Part shown: in pieces, positions 10,258 through 20,647 of the stretch
Position numbering within the stretch: position 1 is the stretch's first letter
Layout: each line of letters opens with the position of its first letter
From: Candidatus Woesearchaeota archaeon
GTDB taxonomy: Archaea > Nanobdellota > Nanobdellia > Woesearchaeales > JABGXB01
DNA length: 64,000 bases
Assembly: GCA_018675975.1 (NCBI GenBank)
Contig: JABGXB010000002.1
Location: 192,098-256,097, forward strand
Reading direction: 5' to 3'
Position numbers and translations under genes: made by a program
The notes under the pieces: model-generated
Databases searched by the model: none
What the model was told of the DNA's origin: nothing
What the model saw: the letters and a program-made list of their open reading frames with translations, nothing else

Positions 10258-10767
10258 TTGACTATTATGTCAAATTTAATAATCGATGAAAGAAAAGTAT
10301 TAGCAGGATGTATTATTTTAAATAAAACATGTGATGAAATTTTACTTTTATATAGAGAGGATATGGGTCATTATGAAACTCCAGGTGGAAAAGTAAAATT
10401 ATCTGATTGCTTAGATCCAAAAAATCCACTTTTAATTGATTGTGAAAGAGCAGCTGAAAGAGAAATATATGAAGAAATAGGTCCCCATTTAAAGATGGGA
10501 AAATTCTGTTATTTTGGAATGGTTCCTTTTCAAATTTCAGAATCTAAAAAATTTTATGCACATAAATTTTTAACAAAAATATTAGATGGAGAACCAAAAA
10601 TAATGGAACCAGAAACATTTCAAAAACTTGAATACATTCCAATAGCTAAATTAGATGATTATCCAATATCTCCTGATCTTAAATTATTTAAAGAAAGATT
10701 ACAAACAGAAGATATAAAGAATATGGTTCATCAATTAGGATTTAAAACACTTCAATTCCAAAAATAA
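10258..10767 (+). CDS. NUDIX hydrolase
   Basis: Nudix box GGKVKLSD...ERAAEREIYEEIG. Confidence 0.75.
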   Translation: MTIMSNLIIDERKVLAGCIILNKTCDEILLLYREDMGHYETPGGKVKLSDCLDPKNPLLIDCERAAEREIYEEIGPHLKMGKFCYFGMVPFQISESKKFYAHKFLTKILDGEPKIMEPETFQKLEYIPIAKLDDYPISPDLKLFKERLQTEDIKNMVHQLGFKTLQFQK

Positions 10768-10775
10768 AATTTATT

Positions 10776-11474
10776 TTATATTTCAAATCTTGCTTCCTTT
10801 GATAAATACTTTTTTATATGTGATGCATCCATTTCTCCAGTCTCTTGAGGATCAAGATAATAAAGACTTTGAGAACCATCAGAATTAGTTCTTAAAAAAT
10901 GTTTATAATCTATAGCTGACAATTCTAAAGATAATCCTTCACTTACATCTTCCATTAACATTGCTCCAATTTCACCATATTGAATTGCACCAATAAAATA
11001 AGGTGCTAAGACTTCTTTTCCTTTTTCAACTCGAGAATTAGTAGAACTTAAAAATAATTTTTGTCTACAAAAAACATTTGCATATTCTGAAATTTGCTCG
11101 ATCATCATATCATTAATTTCATCATCAACATCATCACAAATATAATAACTCGTATCTATTTTTCTAAGTTTTAAAGCTATATGTAATTGATTAGTAGAAT
11201 TTATTGGGTGAGGGATAGATCCAATATTATATACTCTATGTATTTGACCAGAACCTAAAAATAAAACCTCCTTTGGACATTTAATTTCTGGATTAACTAA
11301 ATTATACATTTGATCACATGTATTGTTTTGTGCAGCTGCTAAATAATCAAATATATTTTTTACATTTGTTAAAATTTGTGGATTTTTTAAAACTTCAGAT
11401 TTTACATACAATGTTCTTTGATAATATTCTTCCAATCTATCTAATTCTTCAGAGTTTAATTCTTCACAATACAT
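10776..11474 (-). CDS. Hypothetical protein
   Basis: 232-aa ORF. A weak glycine-loop-like FLGSGQIHRVYN was noticed, but the protein is too short for a kinase domain. Confidence 0.45.
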   Translation of the reverse strand: MYCEELNSEELDRLEEYYQRTLYVKSEVLKNPQILTNVKNIFDYLAAAQNNTCDQMYNLVNPEIKCPKEVLFLGSGQIHRVYNIGSIPHPINSTNQLHIALKLRKIDTSYYICDDVDDEINDMMIEQISEYANVFCRQKLFLSSTNSRVEKGKEVLAPYFIGAIQYGEIGAMLMEDVSEGLSLELSAIDYKHFLRTNSDGSQSLYYLDPQETGEMDASHIKKYLSKEARFEI

Positions 11475-11602
11475 ATTACTATGTCTAATTATAAATTAAT
11501 AAAGATTATTGTTAAGAAAAAATATCAATTAAAAAGCTTTTTAAATACTCAAATTTGCCTTCTGTATAAGTAATCATCGGACCTTATATCCGGGAGAATA
11601 AA

Positions 11603-13369
11603 ATGGAACAAAAAGTAGACTATAAATTAAAATTCAATGAATTTTTTAATGAAATAATTGAATGGATTAAAAATAATGATTTTGATAAAGCTAAACTAGC
11701 AAAGAGAAAAATAGAATTATCAAAAAAATATAAATTAAAAAAAATTCCATCTGATATTGAAATATTTTTAAATTCTGATGAAAAAGATTCTAAATTATTA
11801 TCATGTTTACAAACTAAACCAATTAGATCATTATCTGGTGTGAGTGTGGTTGCAATTATGGGTAAACCTATTGCATGTTCTCATGGTAAATGTATTATGT
11901 GTCCTGGTGGACCTAAAAGCAAATTTGGTGATGTTCCAATGTCATATACTGGAATTGAACCAGCTACAAGAAGGGCAATTAGAAATGATTATGATTCTTA
12001 TTTACAGACTTTTAATAGATTAGAACAATATATTGCATCAGGACATCATCCACAAAAAATTGAAATGATTATTATGGGTGGAACATTTCCTTCATTTCAT
12101 CCTGCATATCAAAATGAATTCATGTATTTTGCTTACAAGGCAATGAATGATTTTGGGGATTTATTTATGAGTGAAGGTAAAGTAAATTGGAAAAAATATA
12201 AAGATTTTTTTGAAATGCCTGGAGACTTTCAAGAAAAAGATAGAGAAGAAAGAGTTAAACAAAAAATATTAGATTTAAAAAATAAAGATGCGAATGCAAA
12301 TGAATTAGAAAAACAAAAAGAAATTAATGAAAATGGACAAGTTAGATTAATTGGACTTACATTTGAAACAAGACCTGATTTTGCATTAGAAGAACATATT
12401 AATGATATGTTAAACTTTGGAGTTACAAGAGTAGAATTAGGAGTTCAAACAACTAAAGATGATGTATTAGAATATATAAATCGAGATCACGATAGTAAAA
12501 GTAGTAAAAATTCTATTGCATTATTAAAAGACGCAGGTTTTAAAATTAATTTTCATATGATGCCTGGATTACCTCTGACAACTAAAGAAGAAGATATAAA
12601 TATATTTAAACAAATTTTTGAAGAAGAGGAATATAAACCAGATATGTTAAAAATTTATCCATGTACAGTTATTATTGGAACACTGTTATATGATTTATAT
12701 ACGGAAGGAAAATTTAATCCAATTACAACTGAAGAAGCAGCAGAAATAATTGCAAAAGCAATGAAATATGTTCCTAAATATACAAGAATAATGAGAGTAC
12801 AAAGAGATATTCCTTCAACTCGAATTACTGCTGGACCAAGTAGAACTAATTTAAGACAATATGTAATTGAAAAACAAAGAAAATTTAATATTAAATCAAA
12901 TGATATTCGTGCACGTGAACCAGGACATCAAAAAAAAGATATAGTTGCTTTTCCAAGAGGAGAAAATGAATCCAAATTTGAAATTTGTGTAGATGAATAT
13001 AATAGTAGTAATGGAAAAGAATATTTTATTTCATATGAAGATGTAAATAATGAGTTATTATATGGATTTATTAGATTAAGATTTTTTGGAAACAGATGTT
13101 TTAGAGAGGAAATAGATCCAATAAATGATGCGATTATAAGAGAATTACATGTTTATGGAGATACATTGAATATTGGTATTAAAGGAGTGCAAAATAAAGG
13201 AGATATTCAACATATTGGAATTGGAAAACAATTATTAAAAAAAGCAGAAGAAATTTGTATTGAAAATAATAAAAAGAAATTATTAGTAATAAGTGGAATA
13301 GGAGTAAAACAATACTACAAAAAACAAGGTTACATAAATGACGGACCTTATGTTTCAAAAACACTATGA
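11603..13369 (+). CDS. elp3: tRNA uridine(34) acetyltransferase Elp3 (radical SAM plus GNAT)
   Basis: Characteristic Elp3 N-terminal Cys cluster (AIMGKPIACSHGKCIMCPGG), radical SAM core and C-terminal acetyltransferase region; carries a K/E/N-rich insertion. Confidence 0.9.
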   Translation: MEQKVDYKLKFNEFFNEIIEWIKNNDFDKAKLAKRKIELSKKYKLKKIPSDIEIFLNSDEKDSKLLSCLQTKPIRSLSGVSVVAIMGKPIACSHGKCIMCPGGPKSKFGDVPMSYTGIEPATRRAIRNDYDSYLQTFNRLEQYIASGHHPQKIEMIIMGGTFPSFHPAYQNEFMYFAYKAMNDFGDLFMSEGKVNWKKYKDFFEMPGDFQEKDREERVKQKILDLKNKDANANELEKQKEINENGQVRLIGLTFETRPDFALEEHINDMLNFGVTRVELGVQTTKDDVLEYINRDHDSKSSKNSIALLKDAGFKINFHMMPGLPLTTKEEDINIFKQIFEEEEYKPDMLKIYPCTVIIGTLLYDLYTEGKFNPITTEEAAEIIAKAMKYVPKYTRIMRVQRDIPSTRITAGPSRTNLRQYVIEKQRKFNIKSNDIRAREPGHQKKDIVAFPRGENESKFEICVDEYNSSNGKEYFISYEDVNNELLYGFIRLRFFGNRCFREEIDPINDAIIRELHVYGDTLNIGIKGVQNKGDIQHIGIGKQLLKKAEEICIENNKKKLLVISGIGVKQYYKKQGYINDGPYVSKTL

Positions 13370-14322
13370 AAATAATAAATCAAATTATAAACATATATTT
13401 ATGTGAAATTAAAAAAATATATGATGGTTTTGAAGATAATACAATAATAAATATAATTTTATTTGAAATGGCTAATTTTAATTATAAAGAAAAAAATTTT
13501 TATTTTCATTTAATAAATAGTAATGACAAATATAAAGAAATTAAAAATCAATTAATTTTATTTAATGATAAAACAAAAATCATGTCCCATATATATAAAG
13601 AAGAAAATGGACAATTATTTGAAGACTTAATAAAAAATAAATTTTCAAAACAGTTAATTAAAAAAATTAAAGACCATTTAAGACATATTTATTTTATGTT
13701 TCAAACAAAACATTATAATAAAATAAATACATTGTTTGAAACTTTTAAAAATGAATTAATTAATAATCAAGAAATCAAATTAAATAATTTATTGTCAGTT
13801 CATAGCTCTACATATGAGAGAAAAAACTTTTATGAAGAATTTTATAATAAAATTAATGAATTTGTAAATCTAAATGAATGTGAGTCAATTATGGACTTAG
13901 GATGTGGATTTAATCCATTTTCATATACATATTTTAATTTAAATAATAAAAAATTATATTTAAATGAATTAAATACTAATGATTTAAATATTTTAAAAAG
14001 ATTATCCCAAGTATATAAATTAAAATTTAATACTAATACTAAAATAATTGAAAAGAATATATTTGAAATTGAAAAATTTGAAAAAGTTGATATTTGTTTT
14101 TTATTGAAAATATTACAAACATTAGAATATACTAAAAGAAATTTCACTAAAAAATTAATTGAAAATATTAATGCAAAATATTTAATTGTTTCATTTAGTA
14201 CTCAATCATTATCTGGAAGAAAAATATATTCTAATAGAGAATGGTTTGAAAAAATAATAAATAAATATAAATATGAAACTTTTGAAATATTTAATGAAAT
14301 TATATATATAATTACAAAATAA
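13366..14322 (+). CDS. Class I SAM-dependent methyltransferase, translationally coupled to elp3; motif I resembles FmrO/Rmt-type rRNA methyltransferases
   Basis: Start overlaps the elp3 stop (ATGA). Motif I IMDLGCGFNPFS and an acidic motif II LYLNELN lie in the C-terminal half, with a helical N-terminal domain. Confidence 0.55.
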   Translation: MKIINQIINIYLCEIKKIYDGFEDNTIINIILFEMANFNYKEKNFYFHLINSNDKYKEIKNQLILFNDKTKIMSHIYKEENGQLFEDLIKNKFSKQLIKKIKDHLRHIYFMFQTKHYNKINTLFETFKNELINNQEIKLNNLLSVHSSTYERKNFYEEFYNKINEFVNLNECESIMDLGCGFNPFSYTYFNLNNKKLYLNELNTNDLNILKRLSQVYKLKFNTNTKIIEKNIFEIEKFEKVDICFLLKILQTLEYTKRNFTKKLIENINAKYLIVSFSTQSLSGRKIYSNREWFEKIINKYKYETFEIFNEIIYIITK

Positions 14323-14961
14323 TTAATAATCCATATATTTTTTAATTAAATTGAATGAATTTTGATCTATTGAATGACCTGAATTAGTTTTTATATATTC
14401 TAAATCATAATTTTTATTTTTTAATTCTTGATATAATTCATCCCCGAATAATGTTTCAGCTCCAAGTAATTTTTTATTTATCACTGGATCTTTTTCATCA
14501 AAAAAATAATATATTTTTATTTTATTATCAATTTTAATAATATCACTTTTTTTGGCATATCCACAAATTCCAAATATCTTTGAAAAATTAAAAGAATTCA
14601 TCATACTAAAACACATAAAACAACCTTGAGAAAATCCAAATAAAATTAATTCTTTGTCAACTAATAAATCCATCTCTATAATTTCTTTTATTGTTTCGTT
14701 TAAATCTAATATACTCTTAGTTATATCATCTATTACTTTATCATATTCAGACGATATAACATCATTCCCCTCTGGAATATAGTGCCAAGAATAACCCCCC
14801 ATATAAAGCGGAATTGGAGCACGTATGCAATAATAATTATAATTAGAATTTATATTTTCAGCTAAATCTACATATGATTCTTCATCATCACCAAAACCAT
14901 GTAACATAAAAATTACTTTTTTACTTTTTTTATTTCCATATTGTCTATATGTCAAAGTCAT
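14323..14961 (-). CDS. Alpha/beta hydrolase of the phospholipase/carboxylesterase family
   Basis: HGFGDDEES oxyanion region and GFSQG nucleophile elbow. Confidence 0.7.
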   Translation of the reverse strand: MTLTYRQYGNKKSKKVIFMLHGFGDDEESYVDLAENINSNYNYYCIRAPIPLYMGGYSWHYIPEGNDVISSEYDKVIDDITKSILDLNETIKEIIEMDLLVDKELILFGFSQGCFMCFSMMNSFNFSKIFGICGYAKKSDIIKIDNKIKIYYFFDEKDPVINKKLLGAETLFGDELYQELKNKNYDLEYIKTNSGHSIDQNSFNLIKKYMDY

Positions 14962-14962
14962 T

Positions 14963-16978
14963 TTAAAAAAAACTAAATAATCTTAAAAAAGTGTCGACGA
15001 TTCTAGTAAATAATCCTTTTTCAACACTAATTACTACTTCATCTTTAACTTGATATTTTTTACCATCAGCATCTTCATAATCAATTAATAATAATAATTT
15101 ATTTTCACCATGTAAAATTTCATTTCCATTAATATATAAATTCATTTTTTGATTTTTATCATAGGTTTCAAAATCCCATTTATTTAAATAATTATTTTTA
15201 TTCCAATTTAAATTATATAATTTAATTTGAACATTTTTAGGATTATTTTCAGATAATTTATTTATTTGAAATGTTATCAAATTATTATTAAGATCATAAT
15301 TAACTTTTTCTTTAACATATAATTTTGGACTTTCTCCTATGTTTAAATAAACTGTATCTTTTGAAATATCTCCATTATTTTTTATAAAAAAATTAATTTG
15401 TTTTCTACCTGGATTACTATTTTCAAAATTAAAAGTCTTTTCTTGAAGTTTATTTTCAGGATAAAGAATAGACTTACAATTATTTTCCGTACAAAATGTC
15501 AATACTGGACTTTCAAGTTTACTACTAATATCACAATTTATTTTAATATCATCACTATCTTTATAATCATATTTTTGACTATAACAATAAAGTTCTAATT
15601 TTCCATTATTTGATGTCTCAACTGAATTACTTGAAATTCTATCAATTACTTTTGATTTTTCTATATTACTAAATGAACTTTTTGCAGTAATTAAAATTTC
15701 AGCTTTATCATTTAATTGTGTATATACCACTAAAGGAATTTTGTATATATAATCTTCATCCAATCCAGATTGAGTTTTTATCATAAAATATACTTTCTTT
15801 TGTTCTAATGGTTTTAATATAACTGCTCTATGATTACCATCAGTTAAATTTAATATATCTGAATATGTTAAATAAACATCATAAGTCCTATAAAAATTAT
15901 CATTATTTTTCACATCAACTTCAATTAAATTATATGAATTTAATCCAACATTTTGTTCCATTGCATTTGCAGTTACACTTACACCATCAATAACAATATT
16001 TCCTTTATCAGAACTATCTACTTGAATTGTCATTGGATCAATTTTTAATTCTACATTATTATTTAACCATTTAAAATTACTTGTACTTTCTGAAGAATCC
16101 ACAGACTCTTTAAATTTTATATGAGTGGCATCTAAAAAACCAAATTCATGATAAGTTATATCAAAAGGAACCCAACCATATTTATCAAAATAAACTTCAG
16201 CCCATGCATGAGGCCCCCAATTATTTAAATCATTAAAATTAGTATAAGCCATACCAGAAATATAACGTGCAGGTACACCTTGACTTCTAAGCATTGCTAT
16301 AAATAAACTTGTAAGTTCATCACAAACACCATTACCATTTTTTAAAACCCAACTACTTTTTTGTGTTGTTTTTTCTGTAAGAGAATTTAATGAATATTCT
16401 ATATTTTCTTCCACCCAAGTTGCAATTTTACTTACAACTATAAATAAATCATCTTCGCCTTTAACTAATTCATTTGCTTTTTTTTTAATAGATTCATCAT
16501 TTGAATCTATATTTTTAGTTTCACGAGTATATTTTAAAATATCAGGATTAGTTACGACAAAAGGAAAAGGTATTTTACTTCTTATTCTTGGTTGAATAAA
16601 ATTAGTTTTTACAACTGAATCAATTCCAACTTGATAATTAGTTTTTTTTATACCTTTAATTTTAAAAATTGCACTTTTATCATCAAAACTTGTTTCAATA
16701 TTATTTGGAAATAAACTAAATTGTTTTATCTCTTGAAAATCTGAGTTTAATGGAATAAATGATTGATTAATTTCCAATAATTCAAGTTTTGGATTATCAC
16801 CTTCTATAATTAAATCAATATTAGTGCTAGTTTTTATATTCAATAACATTGACTCTAAATTAACTAATTCATTAATTAAATCAGGATCTAATTCTTCAGT
16901 AATTCCACTCTCTTCAGCTGAAGAAAAAAAAGCACATAAAAAGGTTATTAAAAATAATAATAAAAATCTCATCTTCAT
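14963..16978 (-). CDS. Secreted transglutaminase-like (Cys-His-Asp) domain protein
   Basis: N-terminal signal peptide; transglutaminase core GNGVCDELTSLFIAMLRSQGVPARYISG...GPHAWAEVYF...WVPFD. Confidence 0.75.
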   Translation of the reverse strand: MKMRFLLLFLITFLCAFFSSAEESGITEELDPDLINELVNLESMLLNIKTSTNIDLIIEGDNPKLELLEINQSFIPLNSDFQEIKQFSLFPNNIETSFDDKSAIFKIKGIKKTNYQVGIDSVVKTNFIQPRIRSKIPFPFVVTNPDILKYTRETKNIDSNDESIKKKANELVKGEDDLFIVVSKIATWVEENIEYSLNSLTEKTTQKSSWVLKNGNGVCDELTSLFIAMLRSQGVPARYISGMAYTNFNDLNNWGPHAWAEVYFDKYGWVPFDITYHEFGFLDATHIKFKESVDSSESTSNFKWLNNNVELKIDPMTIQVDSSDKGNIVIDGVSVTANAMEQNVGLNSYNLIEVDVKNNDNFYRTYDVYLTYSDILNLTDGNHRAVILKPLEQKKVYFMIKTQSGLDEDYIYKIPLVVYTQLNDKAEILITAKSSFSNIEKSKVIDRISSNSVETSNNGKLELYCYSQKYDYKDSDDIKINCDISSKLESPVLTFCTENNCKSILYPENKLQEKTFNFENSNPGRKQINFFIKNNGDISKDTVYLNIGESPKLYVKEKVNYDLNNNLITFQINKLSENNPKNVQIKLYNLNWNKNNYLNKWDFETYDKNQKMNLYINGNEILHGENKLLLLIDYEDADGKKYQVKDEVVISVEKGLFTRIVDTFLRLFSFF

Positions 16979-17010
16979 AATAAAAAAAAGACATTTATTG
17001 ATTATAAATT

Positions 17011-18105
17011 TTAGTATTGTAAATTGTCTAAAATTTTATGAAAATCTTTATTATATGAATTATGTTCTAATATACTTTTTAATTTTTTATCAGAATAAAA
17101 TAAACTTATTTTTTCAAATTCTGATTCTCTATTACTAATTCTTGCTAATTGATCTACCAATATAAGACCATAAGGATATCCTAATATAGCATTATCAATA
17201 CTATTTTGTTTAATTATATTTAAAGCAATATTTATATCATTAGTTTTCTCTTTATGGCTCATCACATCAATTCTAAAAAAATTATTTGAATTTGTATTTA
17301 ATTTAACTAAATAAACTTTTATACATTCATAATTATTTGACAAAATATTTTGATAGCCAAAAAAATCAGATAAAATTAAATTTGAATTTTTAATTTGATT
17401 AAATTTTTCTCCTAATAAATCAAAAAGCCTCATTGACAAATTATTTCCATCTTGATCTACAAATGAAGAATTTTTTGAAATTCCAAATATTGTTGAATTA
17501 ATATTAAAATTACAAATTATATCTTGATCAATTTTATTTTTCATTTCAAAAGAACCATCACGTACAATAATTGAATTTTTATTAGATAATTTTTGAACAT
17601 AAATTAATTCTAATAATTTTAAAATAACTGAACCAGATAATTTTAAATTATTAAAATCAAAGAAATCATAGTTTTCTATATTAAATAATTTTTGATCATT
17701 AAATAAATCAAAATCATAATTAAACAATTTTTGTGTATGTTCTTCACAAAATATTTTATTATATATTCTTAAACGACCATTTGAATTTTTATCTAAATAA
17801 GTAACTAATTTAAAATTATGATTTTCTTTTTTAATAAATTTATTTCCTATAAATTTAACACAAGACACTCTAATTGCATATATATAAACTGAATTAGATT
17901 CAAATAATAAACCAAGCCCCCCATCAATAAAAAAACAATCTTTATTTTGAGAATTAATATTATTATTAATACCATCATTATTATCTAAATCAAATAAATT
18001 ATTAACAAGATTTTTATTATAATTATTAGATAAATTATAATAAGAAATTTTTTCATCTCTTTTTAACTTTAATATTTTTGACTTAACAAAATTTACAATA
18101 TCCAT
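17011..18105 (-). CDS. NurA-like 5'-3' nuclease (orphan, no HerA/Mre11/Rad50 nearby)
   Basis: Two DGS-type motifs (FFIDGG..., IIVRDGSFE) and a C-terminal GYPYGLILVDQLARIS resembling the conserved NurA C-terminus. Confidence 0.4.
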   Translation of the reverse strand: MDIVNFVKSKILKLKRDEKISYYNLSNNYNKNLVNNLFDLDNNDGINNNINSQNKDCFFIDGGLGLLFESNSVYIYAIRVSCVKFIGNKFIKKENHNFKLVTYLDKNSNGRLRIYNKIFCEEHTQKLFNYDFDLFNDQKLFNIENYDFFDFNNLKLSGSVILKLLELIYVQKLSNKNSIIVRDGSFEMKNKIDQDIICNFNINSTIFGISKNSSFVDQDGNNLSMRLFDLLGEKFNQIKNSNLILSDFFGYQNILSNNYECIKVYLVKLNTNSNNFFRIDVMSHKEKTNDINIALNIIKQNSIDNAILGYPYGLILVDQLARISNRESEFEKISLFYSDKKLKSILEHNSYNKDFHKILDNLQY

Positions 18106-18157
18106 AAAAAAAAGTAAAACCTAATATTAATAATCTTTTTGCAATAGAAAAATATAA

Positions 18158-19222
18158 TTAAGAAGCTTTTTCAAGTTCTTTTTTATATTTTTGTTCTAAA
18201 TCATATTTATGAACGTCCACCCTTAAACTTCTTTTTTTCATAAAAGGTTCTTCATACATAATTACAGTACTTGCCAATTTACTTGCTAAACTCCCTGAAT
18301 CTTCATAGGTAAAACCATTTAATAAACCATATAAAAAACCAGCTGCAAATCCATCTCCGGCACCATTAGTATTTTGAAAATAACCATCTTCACAAGAAAC
18401 ACCAGCCTGCGCAGTTAATATTGGATCTGCATTAATACTAAACACACCTTCATTATAAGAAATAATAGCGCCCTTATCACCATGTTTTTTAACATGACAA
18501 CTCAATTCATAATTTACATCTGGTCTATCACCAAATAAATATGTTTCTTCTAATTTAGATGTAAAAAGAATATCAGTATAATTTAACATTTTTCTAAATA
18601 AATCTAAATTGTCTTTAGCTAATTCAGCAGAAGCAACATCAAAAGCAACTATACCGTCAAATTTACTTGCAAAATCCACAACAGGCAATCCAATTTTTCC
18701 AACTTCATAACCTGAAGTAAATAATATTTTTGATTTGGGAACAGGAAAATCTAAATTAATTTGAGGTGTTGCACCAGTATATGCAAAAAATGTTCTTTCC
18801 CCAGTTTCGTCAAATAATACATGTAAAAAAGGATTAGTTTTACTATTAAAATATTGAGCAAATTTTTCAATATTATTATCTTCTAAATGATCAAAAAATA
18901 AATTACCATTATTATCTCCACCTAATGCAGTAATCATACCTGCACTAGCACCTAATTGTCTAATATTAACAGCAACATTTGAAGGACAACCACCAGGAAT
19001 TTTTTTAGTAATAGGGATTTTTCTAATTTTTTCACATAATTTTAAACTATTTTCACAATTTGGATCAAATAAATACCAACCACCTGAATCAATGCCTAAT
19101 TGTTTAAATTCAGCAGTTGAAATAGGTTCATGATAAACATCAACCATAGCTTCTCCTAAAACAAGTAAATCTAACTCATCTGATTTTATTGGTCTACTTA
19201 AAAAACTTCTTAATTCGTCCAT
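18158..19222 (-). CDS. PfkB-family carbohydrate or nucleoside kinase
   Basis: N-terminal GG motif (GGCPSNVAVN) and C-terminal DTNGAGD anion-hole motif. Confidence 0.8.
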   Translation of the reverse strand: MDELRSFLSRPIKSDELDLLVLGEAMVDVYHEPISTAEFKQLGIDSGGWYLFDPNCENSLKLCEKIRKIPITKKIPGGCPSNVAVNIRQLGASAGMITALGGDNNGNLFFDHLEDNNIEKFAQYFNSKTNPFLHVLFDETGERTFFAYTGATPQINLDFPVPKSKILFTSGYEVGKIGLPVVDFASKFDGIVAFDVASAELAKDNLDLFRKMLNYTDILFTSKLEETYLFGDRPDVNYELSCHVKKHGDKGAIISYNEGVFSINADPILTAQAGVSCEDGYFQNTNGAGDGFAAGFLYGLLNGFTYEDSGSLASKLASTVIMYEEPFMKKRSLRVDVHKYDLEQKYKKELEKAS

Positions 19223-19297
19223 TTTAATACCCCTATTAAGAATAGTAAAATTAAATTATCTTATAAAAATTATGTATACTCAAATACTAATATCCAA

Positions 19298-19927
19298 TCA
19301 AAAAAATATTTTAAATAAAATAAAAAATACAATAAATATAATTATTATATAAAAGATTTTAGAATTATTATTAATAGCATTAGTAAAATTATCCAAATAA
19401 GATTCTTCTTTATTAGAAGCTTCCAATTTTTCAACCATATCAATATTATTATTTTGTTCTACATTTACATTTTGAAAATAAATTCCTTTTGCAGATTCAC
19501 AATAAAATCCATAACTACAAAAATAATCTGATATATACTCATTAAAATTTACAATATCAACTCTATCCTTTTTTCTTTCAATATTAAAAGGAGAATTTGA
19601 ATCTAAATTTAAAACTATATCTCTACCAGCCCTAAAAAAATTAAGTTTCATTTCATCAGCCATAATTAAAGCAGGGTCTTCAGTCATTTCACCAATATCA
19701 ATATATTGAATTTTTTCATATTTTTTCCCATCAGGGCTTGCCAAATAATAAGTTATTACATTATCAATATATTCAATTTTAATTATATATAAATCCGAAT
19801 TGATTGAAACTTCAAAAACATCATTATTTGTAATATTTGTAGCCTGATAATTTTTATCAATACTTTCAGCATTAATTGAAAATAAAGAAATCATTAATAT
19901 AAATAAAAACAATAAATATTTTCTCAT
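19298..19927 (-). CDS. Secreted protein with C-terminal membrane anchor, function unknown
   Basis: Signal peptide MRKYLLFLFILMISLFSINA and a hydrophobic C-terminal tail. Confidence 0.45.
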   Translation of the reverse strand: MRKYLLFLFILMISLFSINAESIDKNYQATNITNNDVFEVSINSDLYIIKIEYIDNVITYYLASPDGKKYEKIQYIDIGEMTEDPALIMADEMKLNFFRAGRDIVLNLDSNSPFNIERKKDRVDIVNFNEYISDYFCSYGFYCESAKGIYFQNVNVEQNNNIDMVEKLEASNKEESYLDNFTNAINNNSKIFYIIIIFIVFFILFKIFF

Positions 19928-19964
19928 AATAAAAAATAGATATAATAGTTTTTAAATTTATTTA

Positions 19965-19992
19965 AAAAATGTAATTTTAAAAAATGTAATTT
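19965..19992. repeat. Tandem direct repeat AAAAATGTAATTT x2 (15-bp period) in the promoter region of gene 19298-19927
   Basis: Read directly in the sequence. Confidence 0.5.
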
Positions 19993-20041
19993 CAAACAAT
20001 ATAATATATAAAATAATAAAAAAATAATAAAAAATTAAAAC

Positions 20042-20641
20042 CTATCTTGAAGAATCAGCTTGTCTTTCGATTTCTAATTTTTTTTGAATCGCTGCACTAT
20101 TTGAATTTTTTTCATAAGCAAAAACAATTTCATCAGCAAGTGTCTTTTCAATTGATTTTTTAGAATTAAATGATTTTTGATAACTATTTTGTGTCATTAT
20201 TCTTAATGTTAAATCAATTCTTCTTTGAGGTGCACATTCTACTGCTTTTGGATATTTTGCTCCACCATATTCAATAGTAATTACTTCCTCTCTTGTTGCA
20301 GAATTTTCAATTGCTTTAACTAAAATTCCAATTGGATTCATATTAGTTTTTTTTTCAACTAATTCTAATGCACGTTCAACAATATTATATACTTTAACTG
20401 CCTTACCAGTACATCTCCCACTAGTTAATTTATGTTTTTTTGATCTATGACCTGGTATCATTAATTTATTCATTAATCTTTCAACTATATTATAATAAGA
20501 TTTATGAAATCTACTTTTTGCATTACGCCCACCAGTTTTAATTACAAATCTAGGACTTAAATTAATATAAGGTTTTAAACCAATATCAGAAACTTTAATT
20601 CCATCAACACTCCACTTTCCAAATAATTTAATTTCAACCAT
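20042..20641 (-). CDS. rps7: 30S ribosomal protein S7 (uS7)
   Basis: Conserved uS7 sequence and position downstream of S12. Confidence 0.9.
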   Translation of the reverse strand: MVEIKLFGKWSVDGIKVSDIGLKPYINLSPRFVIKTGGRNAKSRFHKSYYNIVERLMNKLMIPGHRSKKHKLTSGRCTGKAVKVYNIVERALELVEKKTNMNPIGILVKAIENSATREEVITIEYGGAKYPKAVECAPQRRIDLTLRIMTQNSYQKSFNSKKSIEKTLADEIVFAYEKNSNSAAIQKKLEIERQADSSR

Positions 20642-20647
20642 TTTAAT

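Noticed and set aside
10776-11474. Protein-kinase call for the 232-aa ORF on the basis of FLGSGQIHRVYN and ...ALKL
   Set aside because: Too short for a kinase catalytic domain and lacks HxD/DFG-equivalent motifs
11520-11602. Possible tRNA or structured RNA upstream of elp3 (CATCGGACCTTATATCCGGGAG)
   Set aside because: The inverted repeat is imperfect and no cloverleaf can be drawn; more likely part of the elp3 promoter or SD region
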